This document shows positions 23,560 through 35,300 of a DNA stretch of 64,000 nucleotides, piece after piece; within the stretch, counting starts at the first letter, position 1, and every line of letters begins with the position of its first letter. The DNA is taken from NCBI RefSeq assembly GCF_036321535.1, contig NC_087451.1, positions 54,622,001-54,686,000 on the forward strand. The letters are read 5' to 3'. The translations under genes were made by a program, and so were the position numbers. The notes beneath the pieces are model-generated. The model was not told where the DNA came from, made no database searches, and was given only the letters and a program-made list of their open reading frames with translations. Source of the stretch: Camelus dromedarius. Its lineage: Eukaryota.

Positions 23560-23975
23560 GTACAATGGGGTCTTTAGGGTTGGGACAGGAGTGGAGGGTT
23601 AGTTAGAGCTGTTAGTGAGGCCTGCAAGCCGAGTGCACAGGCAGAGCCTGACAGTACTCACAGGTGTCCTCCCATTACGTGTCCTGTGTCTTAGCACCTG
23701 ACTTAGAAATGTCAGATCGCAGCCAGGAATGAGGAAGGTGTGTGTGTCGGCTTCCCTTCTGCAGACTCTGTGAAGGGTAGAGTGGAGGTGGTAAAAGGGG
23801 AGGGAGACAGAACTGTAATAAGTGAGAAAGCAGGAAAGTCAGGGCAGCAGAGAGTCTTTGGTGTCTTCCCAACCATAGAGGGTTTGAAAAGAAGGGAGGG
23901 TTGAACAAAGGTGGGCTTTCTTCTATAATCTATGTAAATAACATCTTGTGTGTATCCCTCTTGTATTTTTCATAG

Positions 23976-24099
23976 GCCTCTGATTTCTTATATCCGAAAG
24001 TTCTACTACTATGATCCTCAGGAAGAGGTATACCTGTCTCTAAAGGAAGCTCAGCTCATTTCCAAACAGAAGCAACAGGGGTTGGAACCCTCCACGTAG
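23976..24099 (+). CDS. SOCS7: SOCS7 exon 9 coding part with stop codon (exon continues to 24129)
   Basis: tttcatag|G CCT CTG: PLISYIRKFYYYDPQEEVYLSLKEAQLISKQKQQGLEPST*; TAG 24097-24099; donor AGG|GTATGT at 24130. Confidence 0.97.
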
Positions 24100-25287
24100 C
24101 GAGGGGCCCCCTGCTGGTCACCACTGAGGGTATGTGCTCTCTGCCTCACCATCCAGCGTAGTCTCTTCCTGGGCAGTTATCATCATGCACTGGGCCTCGT
24201 CCCCCTGCCTCCCACCCCATGTGTATGCCCCTTATCCAGGCATCTGTCCAGAGAGTTGCCAGATCTGATCATGGAGTCCCAAGGGGACACATACCCCAAC
24301 AGGGAGAAGGGCGGATAGACACGAGAGGCTTAAAGAGTACTTGCCAAGCAACATGCAAGCTAATCACTGAATATAGAGACACACAAGAGCAGCTAAATGT
24401 GCACCCTTCTCTCCTCTGGCTGATCACCCCAATATTGCACAAATAACATATAAAGCAGGAAACCAGGGAGAAAGGAAACTTCATCAAAGGGAACATGAAA
24501 TGCCTTTGATTGCAGTAGGTGTGCACTTCAGTAAGAACTGCACTGTGTCCCACGGCTTGGACTATGAGGATGAGGAAAAACAACTCACTCTTGTTTGGAA
24601 TTCCATCTGGGCCACTGAAAAGTGAATTGTTGAAAAGAAGAAATGAATTAACTAACGAATTCATTTATCTAAGAGGCTATTCTCCCATTGCTTCACTGAG
24701 TTCTCATTTATTTTCCCATAAAATATCTTGGAATACTGGTTTGTGCAGATGAATTCTAATTAGTCATCTTAAACTGCATTAATATGAACATTGAAAGGTA
24801 GAGGTGAGTAAGGAACAAAATTGGCAGAGTGGTGATTTTGGTAGTGTGATTACATGCAAGATCTCACATTCTAGTGATCTACTTTGGGAGGCAAAGATCA
24901 CCCCCATCCCCATCTTTCCTCTTAGTATGGAGTGTCCTTCTTAAGCACTGAATACTTCTACTCCTCTTCTAACCTGCTCTGTTCTGCATAGGGGTGGCCC
25001 CATTCAAAACAAACCAAGGGGAAAAACCCCCAGGAGGGACAGCCTTGGAAGTGAAAAGGGAGCTTTAGTCTCCCCACATTCTCAGCTCTCTTCATAAGGG
25101 GAGAGAGTGGCAGCTAGGGTTTATGTTCCCTGGGGTTTTCTTGATGAAAACCCAGCTGTGTGTCTCCTCTTGGCTGTGGAAGTCTCTGATCCCTTTGCCA
25201 TTGGAGGGAAACATGTGAGCTAGATTAATAAGGATTACCCAGGGGAGAAGGCATGAAGAAGAGAAATCAAGAAATAGTAACCCTGGT

Positions 25288-25427
25288 GGGGGAGGGTATA
25301 GCTCAAGTGGCAGAGCATGTGCTCGGCACCTAAGAGGTCCTGGGTTCAATCCCCAGTATCTCCTCTGAGTGGAAATCAATGAAGAAACCTGACTACCTCC
25401 CCCTCATAAAAAACAAACAACACAAGC
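25288..25427 (+). mobile_element. Camelid tRNA-Ala-derived SINE (Vic-1-like)
   Basis: Same head and tail; TSD caagaaatagtaac 25268-25281 / caagaaatggtaac 25428-25441. Confidence 0.88.
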
Positions 25428-25503
25428 CAAGAAATGGTAACTGGGAAGCTCTGAAGTTTTACTGTAAAGGATCCTTACAGTGTCTTTATCACGTCTTCAA
25501 TTT

Positions 25504-25819
25504 CAAGCATACCTTGGTGATACTTGGGTTCAGTTTCAGACCACCACGTAAAAGCAAGTGTCGCCATAAAGCAAGTCACATGACTTTTTCGTTTTCCCAG
25601 AGCATTAAAGTTATATTTACACTGTACTGTAGTCTTATTAAGTGAGCTGTAGCATTATGTCTATAAAAACAATCTACATACCTTAATTTTAAAATATTTT
25701 ATTGCTAAAAAATGCTAATCATCATCTGACAGTGCTTCGTTGCCACAAGCCTTCAGTCTGTAAAAACACAGTCTGTGCGAAGCGCAGTGCAGAGAAGTGA
25801 GTTGAATGAGGCACGCCCG
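25504..25819. mobile_element. Tigger1-derived non-autonomous DNA transposon (Tigger1a-like)
   Basis: Ends caagcatacct.../...gaggcacgcccg approximate TIR CAGGCATACCTC; body matches recalled Tigger1 end (ttttattgctaaaaaatgctaatcatcatctga). Confidence 0.75.
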
Positions 25820-26199
25820 TGTCTGCAGGTTGTGTGCCCTCTGAAGTGGGTGCTGAGACATCTGAGTGCTCTAATGCCTCGGGGGGTTTCTCTGCTCAGT
25901 GGCTTCACAGTGTTTGTGGTGGGGAACTAGGGAGGCCCCCCTCCCCGACTACTGTTGAGTCATTGGGACCCTTCAGTGAGAGCACCGCTTCTGTGGGTGC
26001 TGTGCCCTAGAAGGAGCCCCCGTGCACACAAGCACATTCAGAGAAAGGCTCAGGGTGGTGGAGGGCTCCACACTTCATCATGTGGCAAATAAATGTCATG
26101 GAGCAGAGAAGTTTTAGGGTGAGGGGATTGGTAGACAAAAGACAAAGTGTATTTAATAGGTTTTCCTAAGGAAGAGTGATTAAATTTATTCTTTGTGGG

Positions 26200-26700
26200 G
26201 AGCAGAACAAGGACTACAGTGGGTGAAAGTTACAAGCAGTTGGATTTCAGTCCAACTTTAGAAGAACATTTTTAACAGATCCAAGCATGGAATGGTTTTC
26301 CACAAGAGTTAATAATGAGTTCCCCCATTTGTTTATTCATTCAGCAGATATCTGTATATTAAGTAGCCAGTGTGATTTGGGAAGAGAGTACTGAGAAAGA
26401 TAGTTAAAGGCCCTGTTCTCAGTGAGCTGCAGTTCTCCTAAGGAGAGACAGACAGCAACCTGTAAATTAGGGAATAGGCTAATTTCAGTTGACTGTACAT
26501 GTTACAAGGAAAATAAAACTATGAAATTTAGTAGTTGGATACTACTCGAGTTTAAAGATCAGAGAAGGCTCTTGTTGAGGCAGTGACATTTCAGCTCAGA
26601 TTTGAATGTCAAGGAGTTAACCGAGAGGATCTGGGAGTGGGCATTCTAGGCAAAGGGTCCTCTAAGTATAGCTATGGCCATGAGACAGGAAGGGGCACAA
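26200..26700. mobile_element. CR1/L3 3' fragment followed by an L2 fragment
   Basis: gaaagttacaagcagttggatttcagtccaactttagaagaac (CR1-like); atttgtttattcattcagcagatat...gcagtgacatttcagctcagatttgaa (L2, minus). Confidence 0.5.
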
Positions 26701-29700
26701 TATGATCAGGTATAGGTTGGCGGGAGTCATTTGTCTTGGGGAGAGACAATCATGTATTGGCAAAGGATTGAACTGACCTCCTAGGGTCTCTTTTTGCTGT
26801 GACACTGGGATTATTGCCTGTGGCAAAGAATAAGCATTAGGCTGTACTGTTTCCTAGGGACCCTTTGAAAAAAGAGAAAGGCTTTTAAGTTGTGAAATTT
26901 GGTCATTATGATGTCTTGTTGGTGAGGCTGGTTTTATTTTCGGAGTTCTGAGTGGGCCACTTGGTCCGTGCATGCTGTTACCTGGGGAATTTCATGCCAG
27001 GCTGCTTGGAGTTAGGGGACAGGGTAACACCTGGAGCAGTGCGCATCTTAAACCAGAAAGTAGAAGCTGCACTAGGCTTTGTGATTATGTGTCAGCCCTC
27101 TCCAGGAGCCAGAAGCTGCAGGGCCTACAGCTATGTCTAGTCTGGCTCGCAGTGGTTACCCCAGGGGCTCAGTTCCTTTTTCAGTTCCTAGAGCAGCAGG
27201 TGGGCCTTAGAGAAGAAGTGGGGGGGCGGGGGTGGAAAATGAAGGGGAAAGAGAGAAGAGAGGCAGCATGACCTTTTTTTGGCGTCCAGGTTGTAGGCTG
27301 CTCTGGCCCCCTGGCAAGGCTGTTGCTACATCCCCAGCCAGCGGCAGTGTTTGTGGAAGCACCTGGCTCTCCAGGCTCCATTCTCCTTTTGAGCTGTACT
27401 TCTCTACCCTCCAGAGGCTAAGCCGCTCTTTTACTCCATTTTGATTCCGCTCCGTTGAGCCACTCTAATTTTCGCCCTTTTTCACCTAGGCATTTGGTTG
27501 CCAAGCTCCGGTTTTGAAGAACCAAATGAAGCTACCGTGAAAAGGGGAATGAGGAAAAACAGGGAGTAGGAAGGGTTGGGATCCTCTGTGCAAAGACTTT
27601 GGTTCCCCTCTCAGCCCTGGGGCTTGGAAGAAGCACACACCATACTCTCCGAGTGGGGCTCCACCTTGTCACAATCCAGCCCCGTGCTGTCCTGGAACTG
27701 GATGAGCTCCTTGGAAAACTGGAAGAAGTCTCAACACTGTTCCTTTTTCAGAAGTTCTGTTTTGGATATTTGCATTTCCCGGATTGGAAAACTCACCCTA
27801 AAGGCAGCTGGGGTTTATGCCCATTGGACTGGCTGCCCATTGGACTGGAAGTGGTGCCAAGGGTGAGCAGCTCCGAAGGAGGGGAGGGGAGGGGAGCGAG
27901 GGGAGGGGGTTGCCAGTGATGACCATTCCGCTGGGGCCAAAGGCAGAATTCGAGTCTTCACCATTGACCTTGAAGAAAGGAGGAGTCAGAAGTGCGGATC
28001 AAGTCGGGAGTTTCTGAGGGATGAGAATCTGCTTCTCTTTCAGCATGGGTAGCTTCAGTAGGAGCAAGAAAGAAAGGAGGGTGGGTCATCTGGAATGGAA
28101 AATTACTGGACAAAAGCTGGCAAATGGCCTCTGCTGGGGCAAGTAGTGATTCCTCATATCCTTTCATTTGAAGGTTTAAGAGCCTGATTTCAGAATCACC
28201 TCCCGTTGAAGCTGTGTTCATTTTGTTTTTCTGAATTCCTAAATTCTGTGACCTCAAGTTAGCCCCATTTGTCCTCTACCCTCAACCCATCCCCTCGAGA
28301 TAAGTGTGCATTTCACTCTGGTCATGGTAACATCATTCCTATTGCTTCCGCCAGCTGTCAAGGTAATAGTTTTCCTCATCACCTGAGCAGTTCAGAGCCC
28401 CAGTCCCAGGCTGCTGAAGTTAATGGAGCGTGCTTCCAGATTCTTAATGGCAAATCGAACCCATGGCTTAGGAGTCAGTGTTACTTACCTCCGTGTGTCT
28501 GTCAGCCAGTGAGAGGGAACGTGGAGGAAGGTGAGAAAGGAAGCGCTTGTGCTCGTCTTCAAGAAAGCTCCCTGGTTTCTCAGCCTTACTGGAATGTCTT
28601 AGATCAGAAAGGAAGAGCATTACAGCTCATGTTTTTAGACTTCCCTGGTACAGGAGGTAGCAAGGGCTTTATTTTCCTGTGTTCCTCCTGGCAATCCATT
28701 TTCCTGAGTTAGAGCTGTTCGCCTTCCTTTGGTTAAGTCTGTCAGATGCCGATTTGAGAGTTGCATGCTTTCCAGATGGAAGTGGAAGAGGAGGGAGAAA
28801 AACTCCAGTGCTTTTCAGTAGCCTTTAATTTTTTTCTGAACTGGGCCATTGTCAAATCATATAACCTTATGAGCTTGGATTTCTATAGAGTTACTCTGGG
28901 GAGAGGTTTGCTATTAAGATGTGAAGATTGAACCGTTTGATTTTTTTTTTTAGTCTTTTGCAGTAAGTGTTCCAACAGACTGCCTCTTTTGGTTCCCCTG
29001 TGCTTATATCTGCCTCATCTCATGAGATAAATAATGTCAGGTTTGTGGTTTCCTGGTGGTTTGGGGTGAGGCCCAGTGTCTTGGTAATTTATAGGACTGA
29101 CTCATCTGGAAGTGTTGGCCTTCTGCCTTACATCCTGCATGGAATGACCATTCTTCCTCCTTATAGCCGAAAAGGGAGGAAACTTGCATTGCTACCTGGC
29201 TGTAAAGAGGTGGCCCACAAAATGAGTTTCATAGCATAAGCATAGCCCATCTCTGATTTGTTGTGAGATACCTCTTCTCTCTTTGGCTTCCATGGCAGTG
29301 TTAAGAACCAGTTAAGATTGTGATCCAAGAAATTGGCTTAACCTGTGCGTCTTGCCATCTTGTAGAAAGTGTCACCCAACTGTAGGGCCCGCCATCTGAA
29401 ATCCATTGAGATGCTCAAGTGGCTGTTGTGCAGCTTCATGGAATCTTTATTTTTTAAATTACTTTTTAGTGTGTGTTTGCCTGGCTCTGGGCTAGCTACT
29501 GTGGAAAACACAAGGGGCGAAAGATGTGATATCTGGCCTAAAGGAGCTTTTAGGTGACTGCCACACAAAAAGCAATTAGAGAATAACTCAGCTTGCAGAC
29601 AGAATCAAGGGCTGTCTTTAGGAAAATTCAGAGTGGGTAAGAGCAGAGTAGGGGTAGACTAGATGGTCAAGGACAGCTCTGGGGCTGTGAGGCTTTGGGT

Positions 29701-31250
29701 TGTAGATGAGGGCAGGACAGTGAGATGAGAAACGCATAAACATGAGATGAGATCAGAACAGGAGCTTAGAAGCAGAAATGTACATGGTGAGTCCTGAACA
29801 AGCCTCAAGTTATTCAAGTTAGACTGATGGCATTGAAGAGTCCTTTTCCCGTGCAGTGGTCTAGACTGAAACTTTCCAGTCATCGTTAGGTCTGAATTGT
29901 GTGGCTATGATGGTGAGGTGGAGCCCAGAGCCAGAAGTCAGCCAGGTTCCTGCCTGTGGCCAGGGACCTCACCGTTCTCAGGCCAGCCTGGGTGAGGAAG
30001 GCAGAGCCCCCGGGCCCCTTGTGGTACCAGGGGTTTCCATCAGAGAATCTATACTCTCAGGTACAAAACCAAACCAGCTGAGGAGGCGAGACGCAACCTC
30101 ACCACCATCCTTCTTTCTTCTCCCAGGAGGGGCAGCGTTTACCTGTGTCCATGATCTGTCTGTGCGTTAGTCACAGCCCAGGCTGACGCCTGGTCCTTCC
30201 TCAGTAGAGGGGGCTTCAGGACAGTTGCATAAGAGGAGACCACCTCCATTGGGAGGTGAGGAGGAAGGGCTGTTGGCTGAGGTACCAGCCAGGTCCGAGT
30301 AAACAGAGGGAGCAGGAGCAGCTGGCTGCATCTCTCCCAGCTGCGCCCCCGCTCTCCCACCAGTTCTGTGTAGTGCTAATTGAAATGCAGTCTGCAGAGG
30401 GAACTCAGTCTTTTGGTTGTTGTATTTTTCAGGTCACAAACTGGAAAAGGTTCTCACTTCTAGGGACCTGTTGTTGATTCTAAGATGTGATGGGTGATAT
30501 CATTACCCTCAGGCCCAGGCTGTGGAACCCTCACTTGGTTAGGATTGATCTGCTGTAACCTCCTCAGGACAGGTGTGACTCACTGTGCGCTGGGGCAGCT
30601 ACTGCTACAACTTGCAATTACTTGAAATTCATGTGCTATAGTTGCACAGGAGGAGGAGGGTGGGGGCTTTGGTTCAGGGCCTAGCCAAGTGGGTGACAGC
30701 TTGGAGTTTACGACAGTTGGTGATGGCCTTGGCCTGGTTGCCTCCCTGTGCCTGGCTACAGTGAGTGTGACACCCTGGAAGGCCAGCCCTGGGCGGCAGC
30801 ACTCAGCCTCCTGAGGGGAGAGGGATGGTGGGGAGCTCACCGCTGTGGTTTCTCCTCCTCCTCTCCTGCTTGTCACTGGGGCTGATTATGCAGGCCCCTG
30901 CTAAGGTTGGGAATGACACAGAGATAGCTGCAAACACCCCTCCAATGCACATCCAGGAAGTACTGGGAAGAGGGAGGGTGGTTAGTGTTCCCAGATCTGG
31001 GTGTGAGAGGCCTGTGTAGAGCCCAATGCTCTGGATGCCAGCCTTTTTAGCCTCCACCTGGGCCCCTGGAAGAGCATGGCCGGCTGGAAGCCCTCGGGCC
31101 CTAGTGGGAAATGGAAATAAGAGGAACTTATCCCTTAGGTTGGATCCTTTCCTGCCCTGCATCCTCTACCTTGGCTTTGAGCCCTGAAGTTGGAGGACTA
31201 GCCCTGGGATATATAGCGCTCTGGCTGCTGGAAGGAGGTCTGATAGTCAC

Positions 31251-31254
<4 letters not shown>

Positions 31255-31292
<38 letters not shown>
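31255..31292. repeat. (TG)19 microsatellite in SOCS7 3'UTR
   Basis: Directly visible perfect dinucleotide run. Confidence 0.97.
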
Positions 31293-31294
<2 letters not shown>

Positions 31295-33213
31295 CATTTG
31301 CAGAAGTCTTGGTACCAGTTGGGGTGTTGAGAGCATCTCCACTGGTGAGAGACCTGCCATTTGTTTTTAGAGAATGACATGCCCCCTGTCCCTAAGGGAG
31401 GAGCTTTTGAGTTAGACATTTTCCCTATGGGAATCCTCTTGGTTTGGTTTGTGGGAAAGGGGGAATGGATAAATGATTTTTATCTCTGATTGTCAACACA
31501 NNNNNNNNNNNNNNNNNNNNNNNNNNNNNNNNNNNNNNNNNNNNNNNNNNNNNNNNNNNNNNNNNNNNNNNNNNNNNNNNNNNNNNNNNNNNNNNNNNNN
31601 NNNNNNNNNNNNNNNNNNNNNNNNNNNNNNNNNNNNNNNNNNNNNNNNNNNNNNNNNNNNCCATTATAGTTATAGGATTATTGGTCCCCAAAGCTCAAGA
31701 AGGCAAAGTCAAGTCCACCAGTCCCCGTGATCTGTCCTGTTTTGACATTGGAGCCTCATGCTCAGCACAAAATGACAGGAGGTCTTGAGAAGATAGAAAG
31801 CAAAGCCTTGGGAAGAGTGAGATGGGGGTCGGACCGTAGAGACTGGGGACTCAGATGCTGCAGTTAGAAAAATAGAGTCATGAACTGTATTTAAAATATT
31901 GATTCTCTAATCTGCCAGGGAAAGACCTTTCTTTACATGCAGATTCCATATTGTCTTTGTCCTTTTCATGCTTTTGACCTTCCTGGTAGGTGCCACCCAC
32001 TTTCTTCCTGTTTCCCATCCTGTCCCCTACCCCTTCTCCCAATCCTTCCCACTCCCAGCTGCCTCCCAGGAAGCCAGTCTTGCATGCTGAGTCTGTGACA
32101 TGCCTTCACGCCCATTTCATCTCATTTAGAGGGTACCTGGAACTGCTCCCTCCTCCCCAGCCCCTTCTCTGAAATGCCACATCGAGGGGCAGGCAAAAAG
32201 CAGCCAGTTAGGGCGGAAGACCTGAATGTCTGGTCGCAGCTGGACTGCGATCGTAATTGCTCCTGGAGATGGAGTGTAAGGTGAACTTAGGACACTCTTG
32301 ATCAGAACCCAGGACATCACAAACCACACAGCCCCACTCAGAGCTGTGTCCCAAGCTCCCTACCCAGCTCAGGTGGAGCAGGAAGGCTGGTCTGACCACT
32401 CCATCCCTGGTGCTTCCTTGAACAGGGACCTGCCCCTCACCGTTAGGCCCAGAACCTTCTCCAAGAGACAAACATAATCCAGGCACTGCTCTGGACAGGC
32501 CGGTTGTTGGAATGCCCAAACTGGTGCTGCCCGTGGCACAGCCACTGCTAGACATTTTTTTTTTGGTTGTTTTTAAGAAATTTAATGAAGAGGGGTGTCG
32601 TTCTGGGCTCGGGGTGGTTGCCAATTCTTCACCAGAAGGGGAGCCACACCCCCTCCGCAACCACTTCCGTCCTCTTCAGCCACCCCACCCTCCTCCAAGC
32701 CAAAGCGTGGCCTGGCTTTTGTCTTCCCATTTAGTTTTTCTCCTTNNNNNNNNNNNNNNNNNNNNNNNNNNNNNNNNNNNNNNNNNNNNNNNNNNNNNNN
32801 NNNNNNNNNNNNNNNNNNNNNNNNNNNNNNNNNNNNNNNNNNNNNNNNNNNNNNNNNNNNNNNNNNNNNNNNNNNNGGGGTGGGGAAAGGAAAAGATGTT
32901 TTGATATAAACAAAACAAATGCACTTTGGGTGTGTTTTGGTATTTTTCTGGGAATAGATGGGTGGGTGTTGGGATGTCCCTGTAGATTAGTTCCAGAGTG
33001 GGGTGTCTGTACATACTGTATTAATAGGCATGTTTGACTCTTGTAAAGGGACATTAGTAGCTGCTGCAGGTTCTGTTTGTAAACCCCATGTACAATTCCC
33101 AGTTTTTTGTAAGTGTCAGTGCGGGAGACATTTGACTCTTGTGTTTGTATCTCCTTTTTATGATTGCTGTACTGACCCATGTCTTTTTGCGGAAGGGGTG
33201 AAAAGAGATTTGA

Positions 33214-33219
33214 AATAAA
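33214..33219 (+). terminator. SOCS7: SOCS7 polyadenylation signal AATAAA
   Basis: tgaAATAAAaatgtttagaaattatttcat followed by gttatttgggttttc; upstream TGTA motifs; old repeats resume downstream. Confidence 0.8.
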
Positions 33220-34759
33220 AATGTTTAGAAATTATTTCATGTTATTTGGGTTTTCAATCCCTCTCCTGTCTCATATGACTCCTCACACCATCACTGCCCT
33301 CTTAGGGTCCACCCCTGGCAATTAGGGAATCCCTGTGATGTCAGCCAAGCAGAGCGTCCAGAACTGGTCTTGTCAGAGTAAGAGATGTTGGAAAATTCCT
33401 GAGGCTGATGGCCATCAAAGCTCGAAGCTGCTGTTCTTCCCCAGGAAATGCGGGAGAATTCCAGAGAGCTTTCTGGGGTGGAGTGTCTGGCTTTTTTGCT
33501 CTATTTAGGGAGAGTTCCTATTTTACCATAGTGTCTGTCATTCCTAGTATTTACCTAGGCTGGCAGCTTTTCTCGTAAGTTTAACCTGTGTCCCTCCTGC
33601 CTTTCTAGCCCATTTCCTCTCCAGCTGTCCTCTTTGGAGAGGAAAGGACCAGAAATGTTTCTCTGATTGACAGCTGTGTATACTTCAAACCACGCAAATC
33701 TCTCTTCATTTTCCAACCCAAACCCTCTCCAAGTTCCCCACTGAGAGGGCCAGTGTATCCCCTTGGCACATTTTGGAGAATTTTCTATAGTTTCTTTGCA
33801 TCCTCAGAGAGGGAAGCATGTTGGGTGAGATGAAGCCCTATTTCTCAGCAGCTGTATTTTCATAGGACTGATTTCAAGTGCTCCAGGAGGGAGTCTTGGA
33901 ATCCCCCTTACACCATCCAGTTCATTCACAAGTCACAGGTCTGTGTTAGGATGAATCAGTGTCTTACCAATTCTGATAGCTGTTCTATGAAGGTGTGAAC
34001 TCCTTATTAAAGTTTTCTTCCCTTTTGAAAGAAAAAGTGTTCCAAGCTATGATGTGTGAACGTTACAAAGGAAAATGCTTAACTCGGAATCAGCAATTCA
34101 AATGGCCACCATTTGGGCACACTTGTCAGTCATAAGGAATCTTTGCCTGGTTATAGTCGTCTCTGGCTTGGGTTACAAATGCCATAGAAGAAAAGGCATT
34201 CTTTTGGAAATAGCTGAGTCCAAAATAAATAAAACAACCCCCTCCCACCCTGTTTGCCTCCAAGCCTGGAACCATCTCCTTCATCTCTTGTGTTTCCTGT
34301 CCATTTTCAGCGACCACTTTCATTCCATCTCACCTCTCAGTGGTGTCTCATGCATGCACCTAACTTACTTGAATTCAATCATAAGCGTATAACATATAGT
34401 AATAGTGCAGGAGATTCCCTCCTCCATTCACTCGTGTTCCCCTGATTAAGGATGAGATGGGAAAAGTGAATCTTCTATCCTAGTTCCCTCCAGCCTCTTA
34501 GAGTGTGAGCATTTTGTCCGTAAGGATTCTAGCACCTGTTTGCACCATGTGGGTTCTGAAGACCAGCCGTTTTCCTCTGGTGCTCAGCCAAAGGCACATA
34601 AGTTGAATCCAGCTTGGAAGAAGTGCTAGCTGGGTTATTGATCTCTAATGGAACCCTTTCCCAAGAGATTCTCAAGAGGAATTCTGACTGTGGTTTTATC
34701 CTAAATCTGGGTCGCTATTTAAGCTGTGACATGCCCTCTCCTCAGTAGCCATGTCTTAG

Positions 34760-35300
34760 TATAGGCGTCCCCCCTTTTACCTGGACAAATTCCCAGCGGG
34801 TCATCCTGCTTCCTGTTTTCCCTCTCCAGTCCTTCCAATTGTCCTTTCAAAATAAAGATGTGCTCAAGTCACTTTCTTAATTCAAAATCATCTATCACCT
34901 TTAACTGTGAAAAGAAAATCTTAACTTGATGTTCAAGGCGGTTTCTCCTTCCCCTGCCACACAGGTTGCCCTCTGGTCACAATGCATGATTCAAAGTCCC
35001 CAGATCATGGCATCCCTTCTGCCATTCTACCTTCCTTCGTGCTGTCCCCTCTGCCTGGAGGACACATACTTCTCACCCCCTTCACCTGCAGAACTGCTCA
35101 TCCTTCAAGATTTTCCTCCAGGATCACCTCTGGAATTTTCACCAGCCACTCTTGGCCAAATGCTCCTTCCTCTGTTAAAATGTTTGGTCATTTGTCTGCC
35201 AGTTACTTGACTATAACCTCTGGTCTGTGTGGGACAGAACCTGTGTCCTGTTGAGCTCTCTCCCTGCCCTCAGGCCTGGCACAGTTGAGTAGATGTGCCA
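34760..35300 (+). mobile_element. L2 3' fragment
   Basis: gctgtcccctctgcctggagg...catccttcaag...ggcctggcacagttgagtag. Confidence 0.6.

Larger units (their letters stand above)
3130..33240 (+). other. SOCS7: SOCS7 gene (suppressor of cytokine signalling 7), 10 exons, transcript ends approximate
   Basis: Spliced visible exons translate to recognisable SOCS7 with Pro-rich N-terminus, SH2 domain and SOCS box; canonical GT-AG junctions with matching phases. Confidence 0.97.
27490..33240 (+). other. SOCS7: SOCS7 exon 10, non-coding terminal exon (~5.7 kb 3'UTR)
   Basis: Acceptor tttttcacctag|GCATTTGGTTGCC; repeat-poor sequence; ends at AATAAA with downstream GT/T-rich element; matches recalled human mRNA continuation. 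Confidence 0.85.

Noticed and set aside
26088-26093. AATAAA in intron 9 as a short-UTR poly(A) site
   Set aside because: Single hexamer with weak downstream GU element; needs intron retention; no other support.
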